A stretch of DNA of 64,000 bases from a virus (IMGVR_UViG_3300028591_000168:15563-79562); one strand, 5' to 3'; shown: positions 1 to 7,981, counted from the stretch's first letter. Notes: a model not told the origin generated them from the letters alone. Made by a program: numbers and translations.

Positions 1-262
1 CAGCGTCTTTTTTCACGATCCACTCGTTTCTGAAAGCCGCTTCGCTCAGAACTTGGCAAACCTCGTTGATAACGAAATTGTCTTTTTTGCCGACAATCGC
101 TGTTACGAGATCCGTGATCTGGAACGGTGCCAATACAGTGAGATCGACGTCATAGGCGACGACTTTGACGCTGCCGTCGTTGACGACTACATTGCCGTAG
201 CGGGAGATAACTTTCAAGACTCCCGCAATTCTTTTCGCATTGTTCAAATCGTACATCTTCAT
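1..262 (-). CDS. hypothetical protein, truncated by window edge (missing from ORF track)
   Basis: ATG at 262 behind AAAAGGGG RBS. Frame MKMYDLNNAKRIAGVLKVISRYGNVVV... stays open to base 1. Preceded by the same leader motif as neighbouring minus-strand genes. Confidence 0.75.
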   Translation of the reverse strand, partial: MKMYDLNNAKRIAGVLKVISRYGNVVVNDGSVKVVAYDVDLTVLAPFQITDLVTAIVGKKDNFVINEVCQVLSEAAFRNEWIVKKDA

Positions 263-296
263 TTTTAATATCCCCTTTTTAGTTAAACTTGTTGAT

Positions 297-316
297 AACG
301 GCATCTATGTAAACAC
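297..316 (-). promoter_or_regulatory. conserved leader motif GTGTTTACATA(G/A)A(T)GCCGTT, copy 1
   Basis: Near-identical copies at 297, 1124, 4559 and 7262 (variant at 13151). The first four lie about 30-40 nt upstream of a minus-strand start codon. Confidence 0.65.
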
Positions 317-340
317 GACAAGGCGTGATAAAACAGTATT

Positions 341-410
341 TTGTTCCTTCTGCTGTTTATGGGGGCTTAGGACCCTTTCTTCTGATATCAAAAGAAGCCG
401 CATTAAACAA
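341..410 (-). ncRNA. twister ribozyme (type P1) #1
   Basis: Minus strand UUGUUUAAUGCGGC-[hairpin]-AGGGUCCUAAGCCCC-AUAAACA-GCAGAAGGAACAA matches the twister layout of env22: UAA cleavage loop, P4 with loop UCCUAAGC, T1 pairing CCU/AGG. Confidence 0.9.
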
Positions 411-435
411 AAAAGGGGGAAAGAATCCCCCCTTA
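411..435 (-). terminator. intrinsic terminator abutting twister #1
   Basis: Minus strand AAGGGGGA-ttctt-TCCCCCTT followed by a T-tract, just downstream of the stop at 446. Confidence 0.7.
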
Positions 436-445
436 TCTTGTTTTG

Positions 446-1090
446 TTATCTTGTCCTGTAGAACAATTCCACAAGGTTGTCAGCCTCGTAGAACGTCCAA
501 GACAAGTTGTGATAGTCTATGTCTGCAATTGCTACGGTCTTGCTGCGGTTCATAAAGTGGACCTTAATGTTAAAACCGTAGCTGTTCTCGAAAGAGAAGT
601 CGGCGAGCATACCGCCGTAGCAGCACATCACGTTAACTGTGATATCACTGTTGACTTCGACGTAAGCCCACGACAAGATATTGTCAATGAGTACCCCTAT
701 GTCGTATTCGTCGCACGATACTTCGGGGTCTGTCTCGAATACCTTTGCGTACAAACCACCCTGGCGTGCACCGTGGCAAAAGAGAAAATACTCGTTGTCA
801 GCAGTAACGCCGAGCAGCCAGCCGCTGCCTTGGGGCACGCCGCCGTAGCATTGTTCTTCGTACACAACGCGTTTCAGCTGCACGTTATGAACTGCGAAGT
901 TACCGCCGTGGCGCAAGTACCACGATATGAAATCGCAGACGCTTTGTTTCTGTTCGCTATCCGATTTCCACCAAGCGTCAAGGCTGAACGCAAGGTGGTC
1001 TTTGATATCGATCGTGCACGGGTTCAGAACCGGTGTATAGGTGTTAGCCTGCTCGATAGTGCCTTCTACTTCTGTGATTTCCCATTTCAT
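446..1090 (-). CDS. hypothetical protein (214 aa)
   Basis: ORF 446..1177. Start reassigned to ATG 1090 (MKWEITEVEG) behind GGGAGG and the leader motif. Confidence 0.8.
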   Translation of the reverse strand: MKWEITEVEGTIEQANTYTPVLNPCTIDIKDHLAFSLDAWWKSDSEQKQSVCDFISWYLRHGGNFAVHNVQLKRVVYEEQCYGGVPQGSGWLLGVTADNEYFLFCHGARQGGLYAKVFETDPEVSCDEYDIGVLIDNILSWAYVEVNSDITVNVMCCYGGMLADFSFENSYGFNIKVHFMNRSKTVAIADIDYHNLSWTFYEADNLVELFYRTR

Positions 1091-1123
1091 AGTAAAAACC
1101 TCCCAAAATAATAAAGTGTTAGT

Positions 1124-1143
1124 AACGGCATCTATGTAAACAC
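1124..1143 (-). promoter_or_regulatory. conserved leader motif, copy 2
   Basis: GTGTTTACATAGATGCCGTT upstream of the gene starting at 1090. Confidence 0.65.
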
Positions 1144-1181
1144 ACCATAACAGCACCAACGGCTTTGGCGGTGTCATAGTG

Positions 1182-1210
1182 TTGACAAAGAAAAAACCCT
1201 ATGATATCAT
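1182..1210 (+). promoter_or_regulatory. sigma70/sigmaA-type promoter pointing antisense to the minus-strand genes
   Basis: TTGACA-17 bp-TATCAT; nearly the same sequence as the promoter at 4620. Confidence 0.55.
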
Positions 1211-1251
1211 AAAGATACTATTCTTAATAGCATTCCTCATAAAAAGATAGG

Positions 1252-1279
1252 GGAGCAGTTTAACGTCATGCTCAGGACG
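1252..1279 (-). ncRNA. repeated H-type pseudoknot-like motif CGTCCTGAGCATGACGTTAAACTGCTCC, copy 1
   Basis: Five copies (1252, 1845, 2511, 3194, 5434). Stems are CGTC/GACG and GAGCA/TGCTC. Confidence 0.6.
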
Positions 1280-1298
1280 GATATCAACATTTTGTGGG

Positions 1299-1823
1299 CT
1301 AAAACACGGCAGTTAATCCAAGCACCTGTATTGCCTCAGGATGTTCGGATGATTTCAACTCTTGAATTGCAAGAGCAACAAATGATCTTATCGCAAATTG
1401 AGTTTTTACGTTATAGATCATGTTTTCCTCTACTTTCTGCAAAAGAGCGGGAGGTCGTGTACGATATAGTTCGAAGTATCGTGCTTCAATCTCATGCGGA
1501 GCAAAGAGGTCAAAGCTGGCTTGCAAACCATATCGCACAAATTGTTTTCTTACGGAAGACAAAAGTTGTAGCTGCCATAAAGTCTCTTTTTGTTGAACTA
1601 CGTGCCAAAATTCGTGGGCTATTACGGCTTCTATACCGTTTAACGCAACATTTGCAAGGTTAACAACAATAGTTGTTCCTATAAAACGTCCACGATATTT
1701 TTTATCTGGCAAGCTCTCACAAGAAAGAGAAATATTAGGAACATGATATTTCTGTTGTAATTGTAACAGGTATATCCTTCCTAACGTTTGGCAATACAGC
1801 CACTTAAGTATGATCACAGGCAT
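1299..1823 (-). CDS. HExxH zinc metallopeptidase-like protein (ImmA/IrrE-like zincin), paralog 1
   Basis: AHEFWHVVQ and HEIEARYFE motifs. Start moved to ATG 1823 behind AGGAGG. Confidence 0.7.
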   Translation of the reverse strand: MPVIILKWLYCQTLGRIYLLQLQQKYHVPNISLSCESLPDKKYRGRFIGTTIVVNLANVALNGIEAVIAHEFWHVVQQKETLWQLQLLSSVRKQFVRYGLQASFDLFAPHEIEARYFELYRTRPPALLQKVEENMIYNVKTQFAIRSFVALAIQELKSSEHPEAIQVLGLTAVF

Positions 1824-1844
1824 TCCTCCTAAAAAAAGATAAAA

Positions 1845-1871
1845 GAGCAGTTTAACGTCATACTCAGGACG
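1845..1871 (-). ncRNA. pseudoknot-like motif, copy 2
   Basis: CGTCCTGAGTATGACGTTAAACTGCTCT, then TATCTTTTT and the RBS of the gene at 1823. Confidence 0.6.
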
Positions 1872-1981
1872 TGAGACAATAATGTTTGAATATGACATAC
1901 CACTATCAGAACCGGAACGTTGCAGTATTGCGAGAATTCCTAAGAATCTTTCTATTCGCACAGCGTTTTATGGTCCTGATA

Positions 1982-2485
1982 TCAGCAGTCATACATTTGA
2001 CGGACAAGAGACACCAAACCTTCAGTGCCCTTTTTTGCGTATTCCCTCCGAAGATCAGACGCAGATAGCCTTGAGAAGTAATGGTCCGTGTATACGGTGC
2101 CATAACTTTCTCCGAAAGCTCGTGCATCTAGCTCGAGAAGAGAATACCGGTATACAAGGTATCCTTGAGTTGTCGGCTCGTGGTCACAGTATTCACGACA
2201 TTGGCTCAAGTAGAAGTCGTGAATTGCTTGGAGCCGACTGTCAGACTTTGCTTCTTTCTCTCTTAGCAAGTGACAGTACTCATGGCACAACGCTTGAATA
2301 CCGTAAGCCATGTCAGGAATGTTGTTCAAATCCATTATGATCAAGTTAGGACTCTGAACTGCTGACACAGCTTTTGCAAAGTCGCCGTCAAAAAACACTC
2401 TAACTTTGAGAAGATATCTGTTCTCAAGCTCTTGTTGGGCCATCTTACAGATATCTTTAAAGTTGGAATGTAAAGTTTTTACCAT
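1982..2485 (-). CDS. HExxH zinc metallopeptidase-like protein, paralog 2
   Basis: CHEYCHLL and LELDARAFGE motifs. GGAGGTG RBS before ATG 2485. Confidence 0.7.
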   Translation of the reverse strand: MVKTLHSNFKDICKMAQQELENRYLLKVRVFFDGDFAKAVSAVQSPNLIIMDLNNIPDMAYGIQALCHEYCHLLREKEAKSDSRLQAIHDFYLSQCREYCDHEPTTQGYLVYRYSLLELDARAFGESYGTVYTDHYFSRLSASDLRREYAKKGTEGLVSLVRQMYDC

Positions 2486-2510
2486 AGGCAACACCTCCAC
2501 AAAAGATAAA

Positions 2511-2538
2511 GGAGCAGTTTATTGTCATGCTCAGGACA
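2511..2538 (-). ncRNA. pseudoknot-like motif, copy 3
   Basis: TGTCCTGAGCATGACAATAAACTGCTCC. Compensatory change from CGTC/GACG to TGTC/GACA. Confidence 0.65.
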
Positions 2539-2548
2539 CGTCAAGAAG

Positions 2549-3166
2549 TTACCAGTGTAATCCAAGCCTATCTATCTGAGATTGAGAAATCTCGTCATGG
2601 TAGTCTTGGTTTATCTTCTTCCGAATATCTTCCAGTTCATCCGGTGCTAGCGGTTCTTCGGCCAGCCACGACAGAAGAACTGAAAAGCATGTGCATATCC
2701 CTTGAGTCTGAAGAAGGTGCTTGTACTCTTGTACCCGTTCTTCGACCGATAGGGGTTTCGGAAGATTTGTGGCCATATCCCGTGTTTCAGATTCGAAGTG
2801 ACGAGCTCCGATTTCTACAGGATTTAGCCAGTAAAGGAGATAGGCGATACCTTCAGTATGGTCACCGAGATAAGACATAAATTCTTGTGACCTTTGCATA
2901 GCTTCAGGTATTGTTTTCCATTGTACAGCGTGCCAGAATTCATGACGTGCTTTGCTGATTACCTGTTCCTTACTAACAAAGTTTTTGTAGTAAAGAACTA
3001 TAGTGTTATCATCATGTCTGTAAAGTCCACGTCTAAAACTTGCAAGATAGTTTAGCTCCAACTTAACGTCATAGCTATATCGTGAGTTTAACATGGTTAC
3101 AGTTTTTGTCGCTGCATTTTTGAAAACAGATTGTTCTATTCCCCTTACTTTCGGCATTAACGCCAT
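2549..3166 (-). CDS. HExxH zinc metallopeptidase-like protein, paralog 3
   Basis: RHEFWHAVQW and NPVEIGARHFE motifs. GAGGTG RBS. Confidence 0.7.
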   Translation of the reverse strand: MALMPKVRGIEQSVFKNAATKTVTMLNSRYSYDVKLELNYLASFRRGLYRHDDNTIVLYYKNFVSKEQVISKARHEFWHAVQWKTIPEAMQRSQEFMSYLGDHTEGIAYLLYWLNPVEIGARHFESETRDMATNLPKPLSVEERVQEYKHLLQTQGICTCFSVLLSWLAEEPLAPDELEDIRKKINQDYHDEISQSQIDRLGLHW

Positions 3167-3193
3167 AGGCATCACCTCTGATAAAAAGATAAA

Positions 3194-3221
3194 GGAGTAG
3201 TTTAACGTCATGCTCAGGACG
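3194..3221 (-). ncRNA. pseudoknot-like motif, copy 4
   Basis: CGTCCTGAGCATGACGTTAAACTACTCC between the genes ending at 3229 and starting at 3166. Confidence 0.6.
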
Positions 3222-3228
3222 CAAGAAG

Positions 3229-3978
3229 TTATCGTGAATGACGCTGAACGAATAGCGACAGAAACAGAGAGATATCGTCGATACCGTTACTGCGCAATGT
3301 TTCCTGCAGTGCCGATACCGACGCTTTCAGTGTTTCAGAAAGTTTATCTCTTGTCTGTCCCGACGTCTTGGTGGTTGCACCTGTCGGGCTGCAGAGTCGC
3401 TGATACTCTGCTAACAGACTTTCCTGTCGATTGTTCAGCTCGTAACCGGGATATTGCTGCAGTAGAGCAACAGCTAGAAGAGGATGTGATATCAACTCTT
3501 CAAGTGGACACGGACTTCCTGTTAACCAAGGATCAACAGCGGCATCTGTTAGAATCCCTGTCAGTTCAAAGACACGCGCTTCAATCTCTAGTGGATTCAA
3601 CAGCGTGTTATGAACTGCCAATAGGAAGCGTCCAGCTCCCGGTTTTTGACGTATTCGCCGATATAACACCTTGTTTAGCAAGAAACGACGAACGTGCACT
3701 GCCTCGTGACGAATATCGTTTTTGGCAGTTAGTCTCTTGCCAGGTGTATACCGACGAATTAGGACACGAAATTGTTCGTAGTCAAACGCAGCCAGAAGCT
3801 GCAGTTCGTCCTGATCTTCAAGAATGTCTTCGATATCTGGTAGTTGAGCAAACTCTACCTTCGTTGATATCAAAGCCTCCTGAAGCCAAGCTTGACATTG
3901 AACAATGTACGCGTTACGCTTGTCTTCGTCTAGAAAACGACGAAGACTACGATAAACTTCTTGATCGGTTAGTGCCAT
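3229..3978 (-). CDS. HExxH zinc metallopeptidase-like protein, paralog 4
   Basis: RHEAVHV and NPLEIEARVFE motifs. Start MALTDQ behind AAGGAAAGG. Confidence 0.7.
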   Translation of the reverse strand: MALTDQEVYRSLRRFLDEDKRNAYIVQCQAWLQEALISTKVEFAQLPDIEDILEDQDELQLLAAFDYEQFRVLIRRYTPGKRLTAKNDIRHEAVHVRRFLLNKVLYRRIRQKPGAGRFLLAVHNTLLNPLEIEARVFELTGILTDAAVDPWLTGSPCPLEELISHPLLAVALLQQYPGYELNNRQESLLAEYQRLCSPTGATTKTSGQTRDKLSETLKASVSALQETLRSNGIDDISLFLSLFVQRHSR

Positions 3979-4006
3979 AGGCATCATCCTTTCCTTGTAA
4001 AGGAGA

Positions 4007-4528
4007 TTAGTAGACCGGAGACTCGACCTCCTTGTAAGGAACGCCGAGTTTGTCGGCAATAGCCTTGACATACCTCCTTTCTGTTGTCGTTGCGCTGGCG
4101 TTGCACCAGCAACCGACTATTTTGAAGTCACGGCACCACGCTTCATGATACCGACCGTCGTCGTACGGCGCGACGCTGGTTTTGTCGACGATCAAGCTGC
4201 TGCGCAGCCAACTGTTCGTATAGTCGAACAGTCGACCGCCGACAGCTGACGCTGCGTCCACGTAGCTCTCGATATCTTCGTTTGCGATTAGGGTGATATC
4301 TCCCTTGACGAAGACACCGAAGCTGCCGATCTCCTCACCGGGCAAGGAGCAGCAGATATCCCTGCCGGCTTTGGCAACTTTGAGCAACCTTGAGAACGTG
4401 TCGACTATGCTGGCGCCCAGCGCCTTAGCACTGAACGCCTTCAAGCCATGCGCAAGCGTGATACCCTGCAGTGCTGTGCAAGGTTTGACACTTGTCAGAA
4501 ATGTTTCGAACTTCTTGTTAATCTTCAT
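4007..4528 (-). CDS. hypothetical protein; stand-alone copy of the left-arm HGLxAF domain
   Basis: 173-aa ORF with AGGAGG RBS. HGLKAF...GSFGV...YHEAW aligns by eye with the proteins at 7223, 11610 and 13004. Confidence 0.75.
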   Translation of the reverse strand: MKINKKFETFLTSVKPCTALQGITLAHGLKAFSAKALGASIVDTFSRLLKVAKAGRDICCSLPGEEIGSFGVFVKGDITLIANEDIESYVDAASAVGGRLFDYTNSWLRSSLIVDKTSVAPYDDGRYHEAWCRDFKIVGCWCNASATTTERRYVKAIADKLGVPYKEVESPVY

Positions 4529-4558
4529 AGTGAATTCCTCCTAAAACAAAGTGTTAAT

Positions 4559-4577
4559 AACGGCTTTATGTAAACAC
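4559..4577 (-). promoter_or_regulatory. conserved leader motif, copy 3
   Basis: GTGTTTACATAAAGCCGTT upstream of the gene starting at 4528. Confidence 0.65.
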
Positions 4578-4619
4578 TGTGATATCAACAACGGCTTTGA
4601 AGATATCTCAGTGGAATTG

Positions 4620-4648
4620 TTGACAAAGAAAAAGCCTTATGGTATAAT
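4620..4648 (+). promoter_or_regulatory. consensus sigmaA promoter, convergent with peptide gene 4754..4864
   Basis: Perfect TTGACA-17-TATAAT. Inverted repeat AGCCTTAT/ATAAGGCT overlaps the -10. Confidence 0.8.
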
Positions 4649-4753
4649 AAGGCTAAAGTTGAACAGCAAGATTCTCTCTAGTCTTATCTTGCTACAGCTG
4701 TTGTACTCTTAGGTAGCTGAAAGTATAGGCAAAAATATCGTATGTATGGTAAG

Positions 4754-4864
4754 TTAACTGCCAAGCAACATTTTGGTAAGACAATCTGCGAAGTAGTACA
4801 GAATGTCAAACCAGACATCGATGGCGTTGATAACTGTGGCAATGTCTACCATTAACTTCCACAC
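4754..4864 (-). CDS. 36-aa hydrophobic peptide A (type I toxin-like)
   Basis: AGAAAGGAGG RBS then GTG; MWKLMVDIATVINAIDVWFDILYYFADCLTKMLLGS. A paralog at 5144..5254 conserves the frame. Confidence 0.75.
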   Translation of the reverse strand: MWKLMVDIATVINAIDVWFDILYYFADCLTKMLLGS

Positions 4865-5143
4865 AACGAACAGCCTCCTTTCTGACAAGCTAAGAGAACA
4901 ATCTCTCTTGTTACAGCAAGAGACCCTGCACAAAGCATTAGTAAGCATCTTAGCAATAAGGTGCTTACTATCGCTTTGTACAAAGGAATGTTTGCTAATG
5001 TCTTGTGCAAAAAGGTTTAACGGGGCTTCAGAGTGTTCCGAAGCCCCGAACAGCAAGCAGGATTATCTGTATCTTATCCTGCCAAACCAAGGTACTCTTA
5101 AAAAGCTCAAGGTATAGTAAGATTATCTGACGTATAATGAAAG

Positions 5144-5254
5144 TTAATTGCCAAGTAACATTTTGGTAAGACAATCTGCAATGGCATACAGAATGTCAAA
5201 CCAAGTCGTAATGGCGTTGGTAAGAGTTGCTGCTTCGATTATCAACTTCCACAT
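5144..5254 (-). CDS. 36-aa hydrophobic peptide B, paralog of A (not in ORF track)
   Basis: GGAAGGAGG RBS then ATG; MWKLIIEAATLTNAITTWFDILYAIADCLTKMLLGN. Confidence 0.75.
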   Translation of the reverse strand: MWKLIIEAATLTNAITTWFDILYAIADCLTKMLLGN

Positions 5255-5388
5255 ACGAAAGAACCTCCTTCCCCTTACTTTTGTTAAGAGTATCAATCTC
5301 TCACACTGTCACTGTGAGACCCTGCACAAGGCATTAGCAAACATTCTGCCAAGAAAGTGCTTGATAGCGGTTTGTACAAAAAAAACAC

Positions 5389-5415
5389 AAAAGCCCTCCA
5401 AAACAGAGGGCTTTT
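5389..5415 (-). terminator. intrinsic terminator after the 585-aa gene
   Basis: AAAAGCCCTC-N7-GAGGGCTTTT followed by GTGTTTTTTTT on the minus strand. Confidence 0.7.
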
Positions 5416-5433
5416 AGTGTCTGAAAAGGAGGA

Positions 5434-5462
5434 GGAGCAGTTTAACGTCATGTGTTCAGGAC
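5434..5462 (-). ncRNA. pseudoknot-like motif, copy 5 (divergent)
   Basis: GTCCTGAACACATGACGTTAAACTGCTCC immediately after the stop at 5466. Confidence 0.5.
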
Positions 5463-5465
5463 AAA

Positions 5466-7223
5466 TCAGAATGGCACATCGTCGAGGTCAATAGGCTCGC
5501 CACCCCAATCGTCGTCGTCTGTGTCATAGGAGGATATATCGTCCTTTTCGCCACTGTTCTCGCCACTGTAATGTTGTTGCCTGTTCTTGTGCCACACCTG
5601 TCTTTCTTGTGACTTGGCTTGTTGCATCCAAATACCCAAAGGCGTGTACCAGCACAAGGACGCCTCCTCGTCTTCAGGACTAAGAGGTATCTCAATGCCG
5701 AACATATCAAGCATCGAGTCGTAGTCAAACTTAATACTGCAGCGAAGTTTGTCGAAGAATTGCTTGACGTCTTCCCCCTGTTGCTCCCTGCAGAATCCTG
5801 CGGCGTACAGATACCACAGGAATTCGTAAGTGTCACTGCAGCAAAAATATCCTTTGTCCACAATGTCACTTACGAATTTATTAACGGGGGTCCACCTATT
5901 TTTCTCGGCGTCAACAACGTAGCATTGCTTGTCAAGAAATTCAGCGAACTCCCATATGTTTATAACAAAATGGGGGTGCTCTACTGCAAACTGTCTTTCG
6001 ATCCAAAATGCAGTAATTTTATGTTTGTCAAAGCAAACGAATGACTCCGTGTACTTGTCGTCGTCTGCTTTATTTCTTTTGACAGCCTTTTTGAAGGCTT
6101 TTAAGGTTTTGCACCCTGAGCTTTCGTCAAAGGCGTGTGCTACCCTGTCTTCAAATTGAACTGAAGAACTGACGTCGTGTGAGAATGACGCCTTAATAAC
6201 AGGGTATTTTAACACAATGCCGAAGCCGCCTAAAAACTTATTGCGCTCTGTTGCACAAATTTGGGCGTTTGTCGGCAGATTGTTCAGCTCTTCTAACCGA
6301 GTATACAATCCGCCCAACGACCTGTCGCACTGGTTAAATGCCCACAGCCCGTGATTAACAATAATTCTGTCACGACGCCCGTCAAGGCCGGAACCTATTT
6401 CTTCCGTCCTGCAGAGCTCACACTTCTCGTCCCTGATTATGCTCTTGGTGACGTAGAAGCGGTCTTCTGTCGTGGTTAACGTATACACCGTCTTAACAGG
6501 CCTTGTTAAAGACGGTGTCTCCGCATTCCACGGAGCTTTGGTTTTGCGACCGCAAATGGGACATACAACTTCTTCTTTTAAGAAGCCGTAATCTTCTAAG
6601 TCTTGATCGTCGCAGGTGCACTTCCATTGCCACTTATAATAACCATTGGAGACGTTGCTTATTGCACGCAACAGTTCTTCTTGGGTGAACCGTATATCGT
6701 GTGTTTCCATAACTGGCAGTGACACGCCGTAGTTTAGCGCGATTTCGCACTGCCACGCTGACGTCACCCCGTTAACCGTTTCAGGAGGATAGCTTTTTAC
6801 CAGGGTGGCGTTCTTTGTTAACCACTCAAGATCCTCCGCCGTCTTGACATAAAAATGCCACGGCGTGGTGCCTTTTGCGGTATAGCAATACACCACAGCC
6901 GGCAGATCGTCTGCCATTGCCATGAACCTGTTGTCCCTTTCAGGCACAGGCCATTTATCGTGCTTACTGCACACGGCAAGCTCTTCGTTGAGAGCAGTTT
7001 CGTATGCCGCCAGCGCGGCCTTGACAGCTTTGCGCGCCTTTCTTGCAAGGCGAGCTGCGGCGCGAGCCTTTTCTGCGGCACGACGAGCCGCCTTTTTAGC
7101 TTCGACAGCACGACGTTTTTCAGCCTTTTTGGCCTCAGCGGCGCACATTGTCACAAACTCGTCGATAGTGACTTTCTTAGCTGCCAGCGCAGCTTGAATT
7201 TTGGACTTCAGATTAATCAACAT
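5466..7223 (-). CDS. hypothetical protein (585 aa): Ala/Lys-rich N-terminus, Zn-ribbon motifs, HGLxAF domain, acidic C-tail
   Basis: Long ORF with AAGGAGGG RBS. CPICG and CELC motifs. Shares domains with the protein at 8899..11610. Confidence 0.85.
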   Translation of the reverse strand: MLINLKSKIQAALAAKKVTIDEFVTMCAAEAKKAEKRRAVEAKKAARRAAEKARAAARLARKARKAVKAALAAYETALNEELAVCSKHDKWPVPERDNRFMAMADDLPAVVYCYTAKGTTPWHFYVKTAEDLEWLTKNATLVKSYPPETVNGVTSAWQCEIALNYGVSLPVMETHDIRFTQEELLRAISNVSNGYYKWQWKCTCDDQDLEDYGFLKEEVVCPICGRKTKAPWNAETPSLTRPVKTVYTLTTTEDRFYVTKSIIRDEKCELCRTEEIGSGLDGRRDRIIVNHGLWAFNQCDRSLGGLYTRLEELNNLPTNAQICATERNKFLGGFGIVLKYPVIKASFSHDVSSSVQFEDRVAHAFDESSGCKTLKAFKKAVKRNKADDDKYTESFVCFDKHKITAFWIERQFAVEHPHFVINIWEFAEFLDKQCYVVDAEKNRWTPVNKFVSDIVDKGYFCCSDTYEFLWYLYAAGFCREQQGEDVKQFFDKLRCSIKFDYDSMLDMFGIEIPLSPEDEEASLCWYTPLGIWMQQAKSQERQVWHKNRQQHYSGENSGEKDDISSYDTDDDDWGGEPIDLDDVPF

Positions 7224-7261
7224 GATAAGCCCTCCTTAGAGCTATGGACAAAAAAGTTAAC

Positions 7262-7280
7262 AACGGCTTTATGTAAACAC
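7262..7280 (-). promoter_or_regulatory. conserved leader motif, copy 4
   Basis: GTGTTTACATAAAGCCGTT between twister #2 and the start at 7223. Confidence 0.65.
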
Positions 7281-7316
7281 AACTGTCGTTATTAACGCGA
7301 CAGTGTGGTTGAACAG

Positions 7317-7380
7317 TTTTTCCCGTCTGCGTTTACAGAGGCTTCGGACTCTTAACCGTTAGGTTAGCCGCATTAGAAAA
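7317..7380 (-). ncRNA. twister ribozyme #2
   Basis: UUUUCUAAUGCGGC-UAAC..GUUA-AGAGUCCGAAGCCUCU-GUAAAC-GCAGACGGGAAAA. T1 is CCG/CGG (compensatory). Confidence 0.9.
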
Positions 7381-7386
7381 TAGATC

Positions 7387-7415
7387 TTGACATTTGTGAT
7401 ATCAAGATCTATAAT
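7387..7415 (+). promoter_or_regulatory. consensus sigmaA promoter, antisense to peptide C
   Basis: TTGACA-17-TATAAT inside an 11-bp inverted repeat (7380..7412). Confidence 0.8.
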
Positions 7416-7489
7416 GTCAGATAAGTTCTGACAAACTTCTGCGATTATTACGTTCTCGAGAAAGAAACAGAAAGGCATGCTAGCCAGAA

Positions 7490-7615
7490 TTAACCGAAAA
7501 CTGCGTGAGCTATTGCGTAAGCAATAACACTTTCGACAATTCTAGATATCTTAACCTCAGACAAAGTTTTTTGCACAAACTTGCCTAAAGTTTTAAGAAT
7601 CTTTTTAGCTTTCAT
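7490..7615 (-). CDS. 41-aa basic-N/hydrophobic-C peptide C (type I toxin-like; not in ORF track)
   Basis: MKAKKILKTLGKFVQKTLSEVKISRIVESVIAYAIAHAVFG. Similar to peptide D (IxExVIAxxIxHxxxG). RBS weaker (AAGGAAG). Confidence 0.65.
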   Translation of the reverse strand: MKAKKILKTLGKFVQKTLSEVKISRIVESVIAYAIAHAVFG

Positions 7616-7642
7616 GCCGTTTTTCCACTTCCTTTCATTAAA

Positions 7643-7690
7643 CAATGTCAGTTATTGTCGTGAGGAATAACTGACATTGTTTCTTGTTTT
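7643..7690 (+). terminator. hairpin/terminator closing the antisense RNA of cassette 1
   Basis: CAATGTCAGTTATT/AATAACTGACATTG perfect stem followed by TTTCTTGTTTT. Confidence 0.6.
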
Positions 7691-7745
7691 CTCTCTGCGT
7701 TAGGGGCTTGAGACCCTCTGCTCTAAGAGTAGGCCGCATTAGAAG
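7687..7745 (-). ncRNA. twister ribozyme #3
   Basis: CUUCUAAUGCGGC-[P3]-AGGGUCUCAAGCCCCU-AAC-GCAGAGAGAAAA. T1 is CUC/GAG. Confidence 0.9.
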
Positions 7746-7752
7746 ATAAGCC

Positions 7753-7781
7753 TTGACATAAAAGACGTCAAAGCTTATAAT
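7753..7781 (+). promoter_or_regulatory. consensus sigmaA promoter, antisense to peptide D
   Basis: TTGACA-17-TATAAT followed by TGTCA-N9-TGACA. Confidence 0.8.
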
Positions 7782-7844
7782 GTCACGTAAGTCCTGACAT
7801 TTCAGACTTCAAAGATTGGTTTCGCTTTCTTTGATAAGCGTTTT

Positions 7845-7960
7845 ACTGTTGAGTCACATTGACAGTAACGAAACAACGCCGTTTCCGTACCCTTGACCCT
7901 GGGCACTCTTATCAATTGTTTGTGCTGTAATCACAAACTTACCAAGAGAGAAACGGAACA
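7845..7960 (+). ncRNA. unnamed structured RNA, copy 1
   Basis: Homologous to 8445..8560 with compensatory stems: CCGTTTC/GAAACGG vs CTACTTC/GAAGTAG, and CTCTT/AAGAG vs TCCTT/AAGGA. Confidence 0.55.
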
Positions 7961-7981
7961 GGTATGACTAAGATAAGTTCA

